Source: Octopus sinensis
Lineage: Eukaryota
Direction: 5' to 3'
Length of the DNA stretch: 64,000 bases
Assembly: GCF_006345805.1 (NCBI RefSeq)
Contig: NC_042997.1
Span: forward strand, 210,614,001-210,678,000
Shown: positions 36,013-48,219 of the stretch, piece by piece
Position numbering within the stretch: position 1 is the first letter of the stretch
Layout: every line of letters begins with the position of its first letter
Translations under genes and position numbers: made by a program
Notes under the pieces: model-generated
What the model saw: only the letters and a program-made list of their open reading frames with translations
Databases searched by the model: none
What the model was told of the DNA's origin: nothing

Positions 36013-37751
36013 GTTAATCTCACTCAAGATGTTAATCTCACACTCAAGATGTTAATCTTACTCATGATGTTAATCTCACTCATGATGTTAATCTCACTCA
36101 ATATGTTAATCTCACTCAAGATGTTAATCTCACTCATGATGTTAATCTCACTCAAGATGTTAATCTCACTCAAGATGTTAATCTCAATCAAGATGTTAAT
36201 TTCACTCAAGATGTTAATCTCACTCAAGATGTTAATCTCACTCATGATGCTAATCTCACTCAAGATGTTAATCTCACTCAATATGTTAATCTCACTCTAG
36301 ATGTTAATCTCACTCATGATGTTAATCTCACTCAAGATGTTAATCTCACTCAAGATGTTAATCTCACTCATGATGTTAATCTCACCCAAGATGTTAATCT
36401 CACTCAAGATGTTAATCTCACTCATGATGTTAATCTCACTCAATATGTTAATCTCACTCAAGATGTTAATCTCACACTCAAGATGTTAATCTCACTCAAG
36501 ATGTTAATCTCACTCATGATGTTAATCTCACTCATGATGTTAATCTCACTCAATATGTTAATCTCACTCAAGATGTTAATCTCACTCATGATGTTAATCT
36601 CACTCAAGATGTTAATCTCACTCAAGATGTTAATCTCAATCAAGATGTTAATTTCACTCAAGATGTTAATCTCACTCAAGATGTTAATCTCACTCATGAT
36701 GCTAATCTCACTCAAGATGTTAATCTCACTCAATATGTTAATCTCACTCTAGATGTTAATCTCACTCATGATGTTAATCTCACTCAAGATGTTAATCTCA
36801 CTCAAGATGTTAATCTCACTCATGATGTTAATCTCACCCAAGATGTTAATCTCACTCAAGATGTTAATCTCACTCATGATGTTAATCTCACTCAATATGT
36901 TAATCTCACTCAATATGTTAATCTCACTCATGATGTTAATCTCACTCATGATGTTAATCTCACTCAATATGTTAATCTCACTCATGATGTTAATCTCACT
37001 CATGATGTTAATCTCACTCAAGATGTTAATCTCACTCAAGATGTTAATCTCACTCATGATGTTAATCTCACTCAAGATGTTAATCTCACTCAAGATGTTA
37101 ATCTCAATCAAGATGTTAATCTCACTCAAGATGTTAATCTCACACTCAAGATGTTAATCTCACTCAATATGTTAATCTCACTCAATATGTTAATCTCACT
37201 CAATATGTTAATCTCACTCAAGATGTTAATCTCACTCAAGATGTTAATCTCACTCAAGATGTTAATCTCACTCAAGATGTTAATCTCACTCAAGATGTTA
37301 ATCTCACTCAAGATGTTAATCTCACTCAAGATGTTAATTTCACTCAAGATGTTAATCTCACTCATATGTTAATCTCACTCAATATGTTACTCTCACTCAA
37401 GATGTTAATCTCACTCATGATGTTAATCTCAAGATGTTAATCTCACTCAAGATGTTAAAGATGTTAATCTCACTCAAGATGTTAATCTCACTCAAGATGT
37501 TAATCTCACTCATGATGTTAATCTCAAGATGTTAATCTCACTCAAGATGTTAATCTCACTCAAGATGTTAATCTCACTCATGATGTTAATCTCACTCAAG
37601 ATGTTAATCTCACTCATGATGTTAATCTCACTCAAGATGTTAATCTCACTCATGATGTTAATCTCACTCAAGATGTTAATCTCACTCATGATGTTAATCT
37701 CACTCATGATGTTAATCTCACTCAAGATATTAATCTCACTCAAGATGTTAA
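36013..37751. repeat. 18-bp minisatellite (tcactcaagatgttaatc), about 96 units, with higher-order structure
   Basis: Variant units recur at a 452-bp spacing. Confidence 0.97.
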
Positions 37752-37754
37752 TTC

Positions 37755-38150
37755 TTTTCTTTTCTACTCTAGGCTCAAGGCCCGAAATTTTTGGGGAAGG
37801 AACCAGTCGATTACATCGACCCCAGTACGCAACTGCTACTTAATTTATCGACCCCGAAAAGATGAAAGGCAAACTCGAACCCGGCGGAATTTGAACTCAG
37901 AACGTAAAGGCAGACGAAATACCTATTTCTTTACTACCCACAAGGGGCTAAACACAGAGAAGAAAAACAAGGACAGACAAACGGATCAAGTCGATTACAT
38001 CGACCCAGTGCGTAATTGGTACTTAATTTACCGACCCCGAAAGGATGAAAGGTAAAGTCGACCTCGGCGGAATTTGAACTCAGAACGTAATGGCAGAAGA
38101 AATACCGCCAAGCATTTCGCCCGACGTGCTAACGTTTCTGGCAACTTGCC
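37755..38150 (-). mobile_element. Two tandem SINE family C copies inserted into the end of the minisatellite
   Basis: A residual minisatellite unit (tctcaagatgttaatctcactca) reappears at 38156-38178. Confidence 0.85.
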
Positions 38151-38251
38151 ATCTTTCTCAAGATGTTAATCTCACTCAAAATACTATCTTCATCTTTTCT
38201 TATCCTCCGTTCCAATTATTACGATATTATTTCAAAAACTGTTATTTTTTT

Positions 38252-38574
38252 TGGCATCTTGGGCAAGTGTCTTCTGCTATAGCCCCGGGCTGACCAATGC
38301 CTTGTGAGTGGATTTGGTAGACGGAAACTGAAAGAAACCTGTCATATATATGTATATATATATGTATGTGTATCTGTGTTTGTCCCCCTAGCATTGCTTG
38401 ACAACCGATGCTGGTGTGTTTACGTCCCTGTCACTTAGCAAAAGAGACCGATAGAATAAGTACTGGGCTTACAAAGAATAAGTCCCGGGGTCGATTTGCT
38501 CGACTAAAGGCGGTGCTCCAGCATGGCCGCAGTCAAATGACTGAAACAAGTAAAAGAGTAAAGAGTAAAAGAGT
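38252..38574 (+). mobile_element. SINE family B, 5'-truncated
   Basis: Starts at tggcatcttgggcaag; (aaaagagt)n tail. Confidence 0.88.
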
Positions 38575-39144
38575 AATTCCTGCAATATCAGATCCTTCTT
38601 CTCTTTTAATTGTTATTTAACTCTAGGTTAGTCCTCATCAGGCAGACCTATCATAAAAGACATTCCAGCCTTGATCCTCACGTCTCTTCGTATCTCTGGG
38701 ACAACATTGTCCATTGTCTCCTTCCTTTGTATGAAAAAGTAGGTGAAATGATTAGAGGGAGGTTTGACTGGCTGTTATTTCTAGTAAATCAAGCGGTGCC
38801 TATTAGTTCCCTCTCCACTTTTTAGTCTAATTAAACGGCCAAAATCCGCAGTATTTCCATGTCTTTAGATTCCATTATACTTGAGACTTTGGTATTCATA
38901 CTAATTCTCTGAACATTCTCATTTATACTCTCTCCACGTAATTCCCAAAAGCTAATTCCTCCGAAATTACCATAATTTCTTCCTTAAATCCTTCAATACA
39001 TTCCCTTACCAAATGTGTTTCTCTTTCGCCATTTCTGCTACAGTTCTAAAGAGTAGAGATTCAGTTGAGATGGAATTGAAATTCTACAGACAATTTGGAT
39101 GTCGTTTATTGCTCAGAGCCTGTTTTTCGGTGCCAAATACTTAT

Positions 39145-39320
39145 TTCTTTTATTACCCACAAGGGGCTAAACACAGAGAGGACAAACAAGGACAGACAAT
39201 GGGATTAAGTCGATTACATCGACCCCAGTGCGAAGCTGGTACTTATTTAATCGACCTCGAAAGGATGAAAGGCAAAGTCGACCTCGACTGAATTTGAACT
39301 CAGAACGTAACGGCAGATTT
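39145..39320 (-). mobile_element. SINE family C fragment
   Basis: acccacaaggggctaaacacagag..gtcgacctcg..tttgaactcagaacg. Confidence 0.8.
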
Positions 39321-39403
39321 CCATCTTTCAGGTCGAAGCATTTGTTTTTTTTTTGGAATCTGAGTCCTTTCGCCCTCTGACATGTTTTTTTCCCGTCCTG
39401 CAG

Positions 39404-39512
39404 AGGAAATGGAAACAGCCCCTTCCTCACTGAGTGTGTCCCGATGGCGGGGCTGAGTTGCCGGGTTTTGTCAAGGATGACCCCAACTCTGTTCAAGGAA
39501 GGGTCCCTCTTC
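39404..39512 (+). CDS. Candidate secreted-protein gene, exon 2
   Basis: Strong acceptor tgtttttttcccgtcctgcag, donor ttc|gtaggt; the phase 2-0 frame is the only open one: GNGNSPFLTECVPMAGLSCRVLSRMTPTLFKEGSLF. Confidence 0.65.
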
Positions 39513-39575
39513 GTAGGTTTTGTATTTACTTCCACGTCTTGACAACATTCCATGACAAAATGTCTACTAAAGACG

Positions 39576-39634
<59 letters not shown>

Positions 39635-40307
39635 CACATTCACACACACACCACACACATGCACATTCACACACCACAGCACACCACACACACGTACACA
39701 CACACACCACACCGCACACACACGCACACACATTAAACGCCATACACCAGTCACACCTCCTATCACACACCGCACACCACACACACACACATCACATACA
39801 CACACACCACACACAAACACACGCACACACCAGATACTATACACATACACACACCACACACACACGCACACACCACATACCATACTCCCCCCCCCACAGA
39901 ACATAATAATAAAACAACAGCACGCAAATCACCATAGCAACGAAGGGCGGCTGCAACGAGAATAAGAATTATTTAACGAACATTTAACAGAATAAGAATA
40001 ACAGAATGAGTGAATACGACGACGACAGGTGCGCGCAGGCGCAGGCTTGCCTTGTAAGCGAAATTGCTGGACGAAAACTGTGAGGAAGCCCGTCGTATAC
40101 ATAGACGCAAACACAGACGCGTACATATGTGTGTGTGTGTGTGTGTGTATTTACCTCCCCCACTAAACAATAGGTGTTCGTTGGTTTATGTCCCCCCGGC
40201 AACGCAGCGATTCGCCAAAGATTCGAGTGCCTTAAAAAAAAACAACTGTGTTCGATTTGTTTTACTAAAACTTTGAAAACGGTGCTCCAACATGGCCACA
40301 GTCCAAT

Positions 40308-40700
40308 ACTCTTTACTCTCTTTTACTTGTTTCAGTCATGTGACTGTGGCCATGCTGGAGCACCGCTTTTAGTCGAGCAAATCGACCACAGGACTTTTTG
40401 TTTCTATCGGGCTCTTTTGCCGAACCGCTAAGTTACGGGGACGTAAACGCACCAGCATCGGTTGTGAAGCGATGTTGGGGGACAAACACAGACATACAAA
40501 CATATACACACACATATATATATATATATACACACCCACGATGGGCTTCTTTCAGTTTCCGTCTACCAAATCCACTCACAAGGCTTTGGTCGGCCCGAGG
40601 CTATAGCAGAAGACACTTGCCCAAGATGCCACGCAGTGGGACTGAAAACGGAGCCATGTGGTTGGTAAGCAGCTACTTACCACACAGCCACTCCTACGCC
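40308..40700 (-). mobile_element. SINE family B
   Basis: Head-to-tail match to the family. Confidence 0.9.
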
Positions 40701-42506
40701 AATGGCTAAAATAAGTAAAAAATATCGACAAATATTTAAGAGGGAGCGATTGTGTTCCGTTGCCGCCGAGAATGATCAGCGGCACTTGACGGAGCAGCCG
40801 CCCCACCCGGCTTTTTTCCGTTTCTTTCTTTCCATTTCTTATCTCTCTTTCTTCCTGTTTCCTTGTTTTTAGATGTTATAAAAAAAAAATCATACTCAAT
40901 ATATTAGTTATGACACAGAGAGTATCAGCGTGAAAGAAGCCAATTTTATCTGTTTTGTCACTCAGACAGAATATTGAGACTCTGAGGGGAACATTGACTG
41001 GAAGAATTTTGTAAAAACAAACGAAACCTCTTTGCCTCAGAATTTAGTCCAAGATGAAGAACGAGAAAGCAAAATACCAATGCTTTAGAAAGGATGACGG
41101 CTGTTTCCATCTTTCATCAAAGTTACAAATAGAAGCAGCCCAAGAAATATCCTGAGAAATCCCCTCTGATTGATATGCTTACAGTTCTGTACGCGGTTCT
41201 TTTAGAGCAAAACATATGCTGAAAGAGTTGGTCATATTTCCACCATATTTCCACTTATCCACCATCATCCCCCGTGGTTGGTCGAGAGTTTGGATCCTTT
41301 ATGGACCAGTGGCTTGCACAGGCGGGGACAAGAGACAGCTTGTTATAAAGAAGGGTCAGGTTAGATTTACAAATTCTAATGATCTTCAAAGGCCAACAAG
41401 TCATATCAGAGCTGTGCTCAGATGGAAGCATGGATGCTACAGGGAAAAAAGGCTTCGTCGTTATACACGTGATAGTAAAAGCTACTTGAAGGCCGCTTAC
41501 CCCGTAGAACTGAAAAAGCTGAGAAAAAGAAAACGAAAAGAAGGAAGCGAAGAGCAGCCAAGATAACAACAGGATCAGCAGGCCCCATTTTCCAGGCCAC
41601 TCCTGGTGTTGCGGAGGTGGTCACCTAGGGTCCAGTCCTAGAAACACAAATGAGTAGGCATTCTGTCCTTCCACTGTAACGACCAACAGCACCGCTCCAT
41701 CCTTTTGTGAAGAGGGAGGGATGATTGTTGCCGAGGACAGTTTTCAAACAATCGGTAGGGAAAATACAAACGCCAAACACAAATTCCGACAATTGTCCCA
41801 AACTCCAACCACTCCCCACGCCACCAAGGTTCCAACAGTTAACCTTTCCATTGCAATAATAACTTATATCAACCAATCAACCAATTATATTTAACAGATT
41901 TGAAAATTAAACTTCTCACCACTTTCCCTCATGGAAGGCCAACGAACGAGGCTCTTAATAAATAGGGCGGTTGAACCAAGAACTCACCAGAATCAGGTAC
42001 CGATTCCATTCTGTTTTTAGGATGAAATCAAGAAAAGCCTTGATCAAGATGTCTTTGTGTTTATAAAACCCGTTCCATTCGAAGAACCATTTATACAATA
42101 CCACCGCATGATTATATGCACCAAAAGGATTCGAAGAACACCACAGAATTGTGGAAATTCTAACATTAAATCAATACTAAATGGGAAATCATTCCGTCAA
42201 GCAAGATCTGGGCCGGATTTCACAGTGGCCTGTTATTTTAGCACATTGATTCCCTCCTGGGTCGCTACCACTATAAAACTATGTCTCAATTGATACACTG
42301 CTTCGGGTGATAAGCCAGAAGACAGGATGGAACTGTATCACATCCAATGAGCCAGTGGAACCAACAGCGATCCGACTACATGCATCAGACCAACACAACC
42401 AAACAATAACGAAATGTTTAGTAACCATCAGAAATCAAGACTCTCCCCCACCGTCCACAATATAGCTAGGCTTGTCCACTGGACCCTTTGCAACAAGTAT
42501 GGACTT

Positions 42507-42716
42507 ACTCTTTTACTCTTTTACTTGTTTCAGTCATTTGACTGCGGCCATGCTGGAGCACCGCCTTTAGTCGAGCAACTCGACCCCGGGACTTATTCTT
42601 TGTAAGCCCAGTACTTATTCTATCGGTCTCTTTTGCTGAACCGCTAAGTGACGGGGACGTAAACACACCAGCATCGGTTGTCAAGCAATGCTAGGGGGAC
42701 AAACACAGACACACAA

Positions 42717-42796
<80 letters not shown>

Positions 42797-42962
42797 TACG
42801 ACAGGCTTCTTTCAGTTTCCGTCTACCAAATCCACTCACAAGGCATTGGTCGGCCTGGGGCTATAGCAGAAGACACTTGCCCAAGATGCCATGCAGTGGG
42901 ACTGAACCCGGAACCATGTGGTTGGTTAGCAAGCTACTTACCACACAGCCACTCCTGCGCCT
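42507..42962 (-). mobile_element. SINE family B (left copy of an inverted duplication)
   Basis: Full length; same flank as the 47160 copy. Confidence 0.92.
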
Positions 42963-43094
42963 TATTTCACATTTATGTGCTTGCTTTGGTACATGTGTGT
43001 GTGTATGTGTGTGCGTGCGTGCGTGCATGAATCTGCATATAACCGTTAATCCGCACACATTTTTTTCCGTATTTTTTTTCGCTCTCTCTCCGTT

Positions 43095-43230
43095 TTTTTC
43101 TTCTCTTAATCCTTTCTGTCGAAGCGCGTAGGTTCGAAACGTCAAAGACTTTTCCTTTTCTTGCCGAGCGTTAAACTAATATACCTGCTTGTTGTTCCCT
43201 CGACTGCCTTCGTCTTTTGTTTTCTGGCCG
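43095..43230 (+). mobile_element. PLE-type short repeat with minimal HHR motif
   Basis: cttt-CTGTCGA-a-gcgc gtag gttc-GAA-ACGT-C-aaag at 43112-43147. Confidence 0.65.
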
Positions 43231-43562
43231 CAGTCAAATGCCACGCAGTGGGACTGAACCCGGAACCATGTGGCTGGTTAGCAAGCTACTTACCACACAG
43301 CCACTCCTTGACAGAAAAAAAAAAATTAGTACGGCTACAAACACAAAATAGTATTTAAAATCCTCGGGAACCAACAGGAGCGCAGACTAGAAAAACTGAA
43401 CCGAATATCGAATCCCTGCAAACAAAGTTGATTACATTAACCGGATGATCAGCTCTCTCCCAACATGTCGTCCGACATGTCGCCCAATGTGATACTCTGG
43501 TGATATCATGAAATAATAATTATTTTACTACTGTTTGCCTATAAGAGTCTCAAAGATAGGAA

Positions 43563-43595
<33 letters not shown>

Positions 43596-44484
43596 GGGAG
43601 AGAGAGGGAGAGAGAGGGAGAGAGAGAGAGAGAGAGAGAGAGAAGGTAACAGTTATATGTTATATTTAGTATCATTCCATCAATCTGTCGGATATTTATA
43701 AATTGGTGATTTTTGTTAACTTTTCCTCACCTCACCATAATATTCTGACAAACGAATCTCATCGCTCAGCGCCCCCTACCGCCTCCCCTAAGCCACTCCG
43801 TCGCTATTTCCGCTTATTTCAGTCTGTTATTAAATATTTCTATCACAATTTTGGGATGTTATCATTTCCTGTTGTCTGCCAGTTGTTCGTTTCTTTGTTT
43901 ATTGTATGTCTGTGTGTCTAGGTCAATATCAAACTGACACAGTCTCTAATCACAATTCTGATTGGTTAATAATACAGCTTTGATTAATTTCGTTAAATTA
44001 ATGCAAACATCTAATAAGATTTTAACGGATTCGTGAAAGGAATCGCAACTGCTTTTAACGTTTATTGTGTTATAGTTTTCCATACTTATAAAAACAAAAC
44101 AAAAACAAATAAGGGATATGCAACGGTCTTTCACATTTATTACACTATTGTCTTCCGTAGATAGTCTTTCTGTAAATCTGCCCTTCTGACTCAAGGGGAA
44201 AACCGTTGACCTTTATAATTCCACTAAAACAAATCTAAATCCTAAACTGATCCACGTTCAGCGATTATAATCATTCTTTACACTGTTTCATCTTCTTCGT
44301 TTAAAAGACACATTGAAATTATGTCGGTCTCTAACATGCTTCGCACACAGAGATAATCCACCCGATCACGGCACAGCTATGGCGGCCTTAATCTCAAAAC
44401 AGCAGCGAAAACAAAGTTTAATCACCAACGGAACAGTAAAATAATACCGAGATCACCGCCTTAACAACAACAACAACAACAACA

Positions 44485-45172
44485 ATGAAGAATAGACAAC
44501 ACAGCAGAAAGTGATAAGTGCAGAATCTGTGGACAAAATGGTGAAACCGTATGGCATATTACCAGCCAATGTACGCCACTAGCCCAGAAGGAATATAAGA
44601 AATGCCATAATATAACCAGGCTTATCCATTGGACACTTTGCAACAAGTATGGACTTGACAGAGCAAAAAATTGGTACGACTACAAACCCGGAGGCATCAT
44701 CGAAAATGATAATGCAAAGATCCTGTGGGATTTTATGATTCAGTGCGACCATGAGATGGAGAATAGGAAGCCAGACATTGTGTTAATTGAGAAAGAAACC
44801 AAACTATGCTGGATCATAGATATAGCATGCCCAGCGGACAACAAGGTATGCGATAAAGACGAAAGAAAAGTCGATAGATATGACAGGGTAGCTTGGGAGG
44901 TTAAGCAGTTGTGGTCGATGGAAAAGGTGGTAGTAGTACCAATAATTGTCGGGATCCTGGAAACAGTGAGTAAAAATTTTGAGAAGTGTATGAAACAAAT
45001 AGGGGCTGCAATAAGGGTGGAGCACTTGCAGAAAACAGCACTGCTTGGAACCGCTTGAATACTTCGGAAGGTGCTTGAAAAATTAGAGGTGTTACTTTAG
45101 TTTACTGGTAGTGAACTGCTGACACCAAAGTACATCTCCAGCGTTAGAAGCTGTGCAAAGGCAATGATGATG

Positions 45173-45214
<42 letters not shown>

Positions 45215-45230
45215 TAATAATAATAATGCA
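44485..45230 (+). mobile_element. R4/Dong-clade LINE 3' end (CCHC finger and RLE endonuclease), 5'-truncated
   Basis: CRICGQNGETVWHITSQC, ILWDF.IQCDH..RKPDIVLI..IIDIACP, VPIIVG..LQKTALLGTA; (AAC)n on the 5' side and (AAT)n tail. Confidence 0.9.
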
Positions 45231-45239
45231 GTACCAGGC

Positions 45240-45770
45240 AGTGGCTCTCATGGCTTCTCATCTTAACTGATTGGAAGTGTTATCATGTACATTGTTTTGT
45301 TTTGGTATAAAAAGATGGGCTACAGCAAATATTCTGCTCAATACCACACATTTGCTTGTCAGTTGTTTGACCTTAACCAGTTGAGCGTGTCTCTTAGTGG
45401 CTGATGATATGTGCATCTCTGATCATGAGCAGAGGTAGTGGGGGAGCATCATAGCCATGTGTTGAGAGGGATTCTTGGAGGTTTGGATAATTCAGCTTTG
45501 GGAACATGGGTGGTTCGTTCAACATCCTTAAACAATCCTTATTCTGGGACCTTTTAAACAGGATGGGCTACTCGACCTGAAGAAAATTCTAACTGGGCCC
45601 CACCTGCAAGGTCATGCGTTATCTTGATATGAGATCACCTTGTCGTGCACATATGGTTGTGATGCATGTGCCAGGTGTACCCTTATCAGACGTGTAGTCA
45701 TGATGGGTATACTGGGCTTCGTATATTTTACCGCGGTGTTACTTTGATGGCATGCACTGCTCTCTCCCTC

Positions 45771-45822
<52 letters not shown>
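45240..45822 (+). mobile_element. Unclassified interspersed repeat bounded by (AAT)n tracts
   Basis: About 530 bp of complex sequence between two (AAT)n runs, between two Dong-like fragments; no ORF. Confidence 0.35.
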
Positions 45823-45823
<1 letters not shown>

Positions 45824-46140
45824 GAAAACTATATAGGGATGTCATTATCACTATTAAGGTTATCCCTATTGTCATCAGAGCACTGGGTTCACTACCACCC
45901 AATCTGAAAAAAACATTTGAAAACTTTAGAAATACCCTACAATCTAGGTGTATTGCAGAAGTCGGCATTACTTGGAATTGGATGCATATTGTGTAGTGTC
46001 TGTCTGAGGTCCTTGTTGTGACTTGACAAACAGTACAAACCCCTGGTAGACATGATATCTTCAATCAACAACCTCACGGTACTGTATATAGTGCAACTAC
46101 TACTACTACTACTACTAGTAGTAGTAGTAGTAGTAGTAGT
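45822..46140 (+). mobile_element. Second R4/Dong-like LINE 3' fragment
   Basis: KVIPIVIRALGSLPPNLKK(frameshift)HLKTLEIPYNLGVLQKSALLG; starts in (AAT)n and ends in (CTA)n(GTA)n. Confidence 0.7.
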
Positions 46141-46424
46141 GCTGAGGCATGCTCAATGTCTCTGTAGCAGACTTCCCAAGTTTAACGCAAAACTTCACGT
46201 TGGCCCTTTATTTCAACTTCCTGTCCAAGACAAAAATCGCAGACTACCGAAACACGTGATCACAAAAACATAAATTTCACAACTTGCGAAGTAACCATAG
46301 CAATGTTATTCAGAACACTGCTTGTTGAAGGTCATTGCCAACTGCCACTGCGCACGCAACCTTGTGCTGCCACCTGTTGGCACGCGACATAACTAGTCCG
46401 GGAACGTTTTGATATCAGCTCGTA

Positions 46425-46830
46425 TGTGTATGTGGCTGTGTGGTAAAGAGGTTCGCTTCCCAACCGCCAGGTTAGGGGTTCAGTCTCACTGCATGAGATC
46501 TTGGGCGAAAGTCTTTTACTACAACCTCGGGCTGACCAAAGATTTGTGAGTGGATTTGGTAGGCGGAAACTGAATGGAACCCGCTGTACATATATGTATG
46601 TGTATATATCTACGTGTGTGCGTCTTTGTGCCTGTGTTTGTGTCCCACCACTGCTTAACAACCGGTGTTAGTGTGTTTACGTCCCGGTAACATAGCGTTT
46701 CGGCAAGAGAGATCGGTAGAATACGTACAAGGCTTAAAAAAAGTCCTGGCGTCGATTCGTTCGATTAAAATTCTTCAAGGCGGTGCCCCAGCATGGCCAC
46801 AGTCTAATGACTGAAACAAGTAAAAGGTAG
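46425..46830 (+). mobile_element. SINE family B, diverged subfamily
   Basis: tggctgtgtggtaaagagg..ggggttcagtctc..ttgggcgaaagtctt..gactgaaacaagtaaaag. Confidence 0.85.
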
Positions 46831-46884
46831 AAAATAAAATATATTCTTTTATTTAAAAAAAATTGTTTTTCAGTCATTTGACTG

Positions 46885-47010
46885 CGACCAGAAAACAAAA
46901 GACGAAGGCAGTCGAGGGAACAACAAGCAGGTGTATTAGTTTAACGCTCGGGAAGGAAAGGAAAAGTCTTTGACGTTTCGAACCTACGCGCTTCGACAGA
47001 AAGGATTAAG
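46885..47010 (-). mobile_element. PLE-type short repeat with minimal HHR motif (duplicate of 43095-43230)
   Basis: Reverse complement of the 43.1-kb copy. Confidence 0.65.
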
Positions 47011-47159
47011 AGGAAAAAAAAACTGAGAGAGAGCGAAAGAAAGAAAACGGAAAAAAAATGTGTGCGGATTAACGGTTATATGCAGATTCATGCACGCACG
47101 CACACACATACATACACACACACACACATGTACCAAAGCAAGCACATAAATGTGAAATA

Positions 47160-47562
47160 AGGCGCAGGAGTGACTGTGTGGTAAGTAGCTTGCTAACCAA
47201 CCACATGGTTCCAGGTTCAGTCCTACTGCGTGGCATCTTGGGCAAGTGTCCTCTGCTATAGCCCCGGGCCGACCAATACCTTGTGAGTGGATTTGGTAGA
47301 CGGAAACTGAAAGAAGCCTGTCGTATATATGTTTATATATATATATATATGTATGTGTGTCTGTGTTTGTCCCCTTAGCATTGCTTGACAACCGATGCTG
47401 GTGTGTTTACGTCCCGTCACTTAGCGGTTCGGCAAAAGAGACCGATAGAATAAGTACTGGGCTTACAAAGAATAAGTCCCGGGGTCGATTTGCTCGACTA
47501 AAGGCGGTGCCCCAGCATGGCCGCAGTCAAATGACTGAAACAAGTAAAAGAGTAAAAGAGTA
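47160..47562 (+). mobile_element. SINE family B (right copy of the inverted duplication)
   Basis: Full length. Confidence 0.92.
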
Positions 47563-47936
47563 AGGCGGGAAAAATAGTACTCGAATACTGGAGGTAGAGT
47601 AATATGCTTTATTATTAAAGCTGCAAAAACATCACAAAAATATCATAAAAAAAAAACTGCGACTCAGAGTTTCACGTTTCCGTTCGTCGGACAGTTTAGA
47701 TTGAGAATCTCAGTTGAAATTGTTCGACGAATGGGAACGTGAAACTATGAGTAGCAGTATTTTGTGATGTTTTTGTGTTTTTTTCCAGTTTTGATAATAA
47801 TAAAGTATGCACACACACACACACACACACACACACTTTTAAGGTGATGCATATACATAAATGTGTACATAATATCTATCTGTATATATGTGTATACAAT
47901 CACACACACATACACACATACACACGTGTATATATA

Positions 47937-47997
<61 letters not shown>

Positions 47998-48125
47998 GAA
48001 ATGAGGTACTCAGAAGAACGGATGGTTTATATTTACAGATCTTTATTTATATATTACATTTTTTATATATATATCATATCACTTAGATCATTAGCGCTTT
48101 CTCCCATTCTAGTGGGGTTTTCAAA

Positions 48126-48194
<69 letters not shown>

Positions 48195-48219
48195 GTGCGT
48201 GTGACCGTGTGTGCGTGAG

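Noticed and set aside
36024-37843. Many ORFs with MLISLK / SEINIL repeats
   Set aside because: They arise from the 18-bp (6-codon) minisatellite, are open on both strands and have no splice or start context.
39430-39570. Minus-strand reading MECCQDVEVNTKPTKRDPSLNRVGV..
   Set aside because: It overlaps the plus-strand exon, which has a much stronger acceptor and fits the four-exon phase chain.
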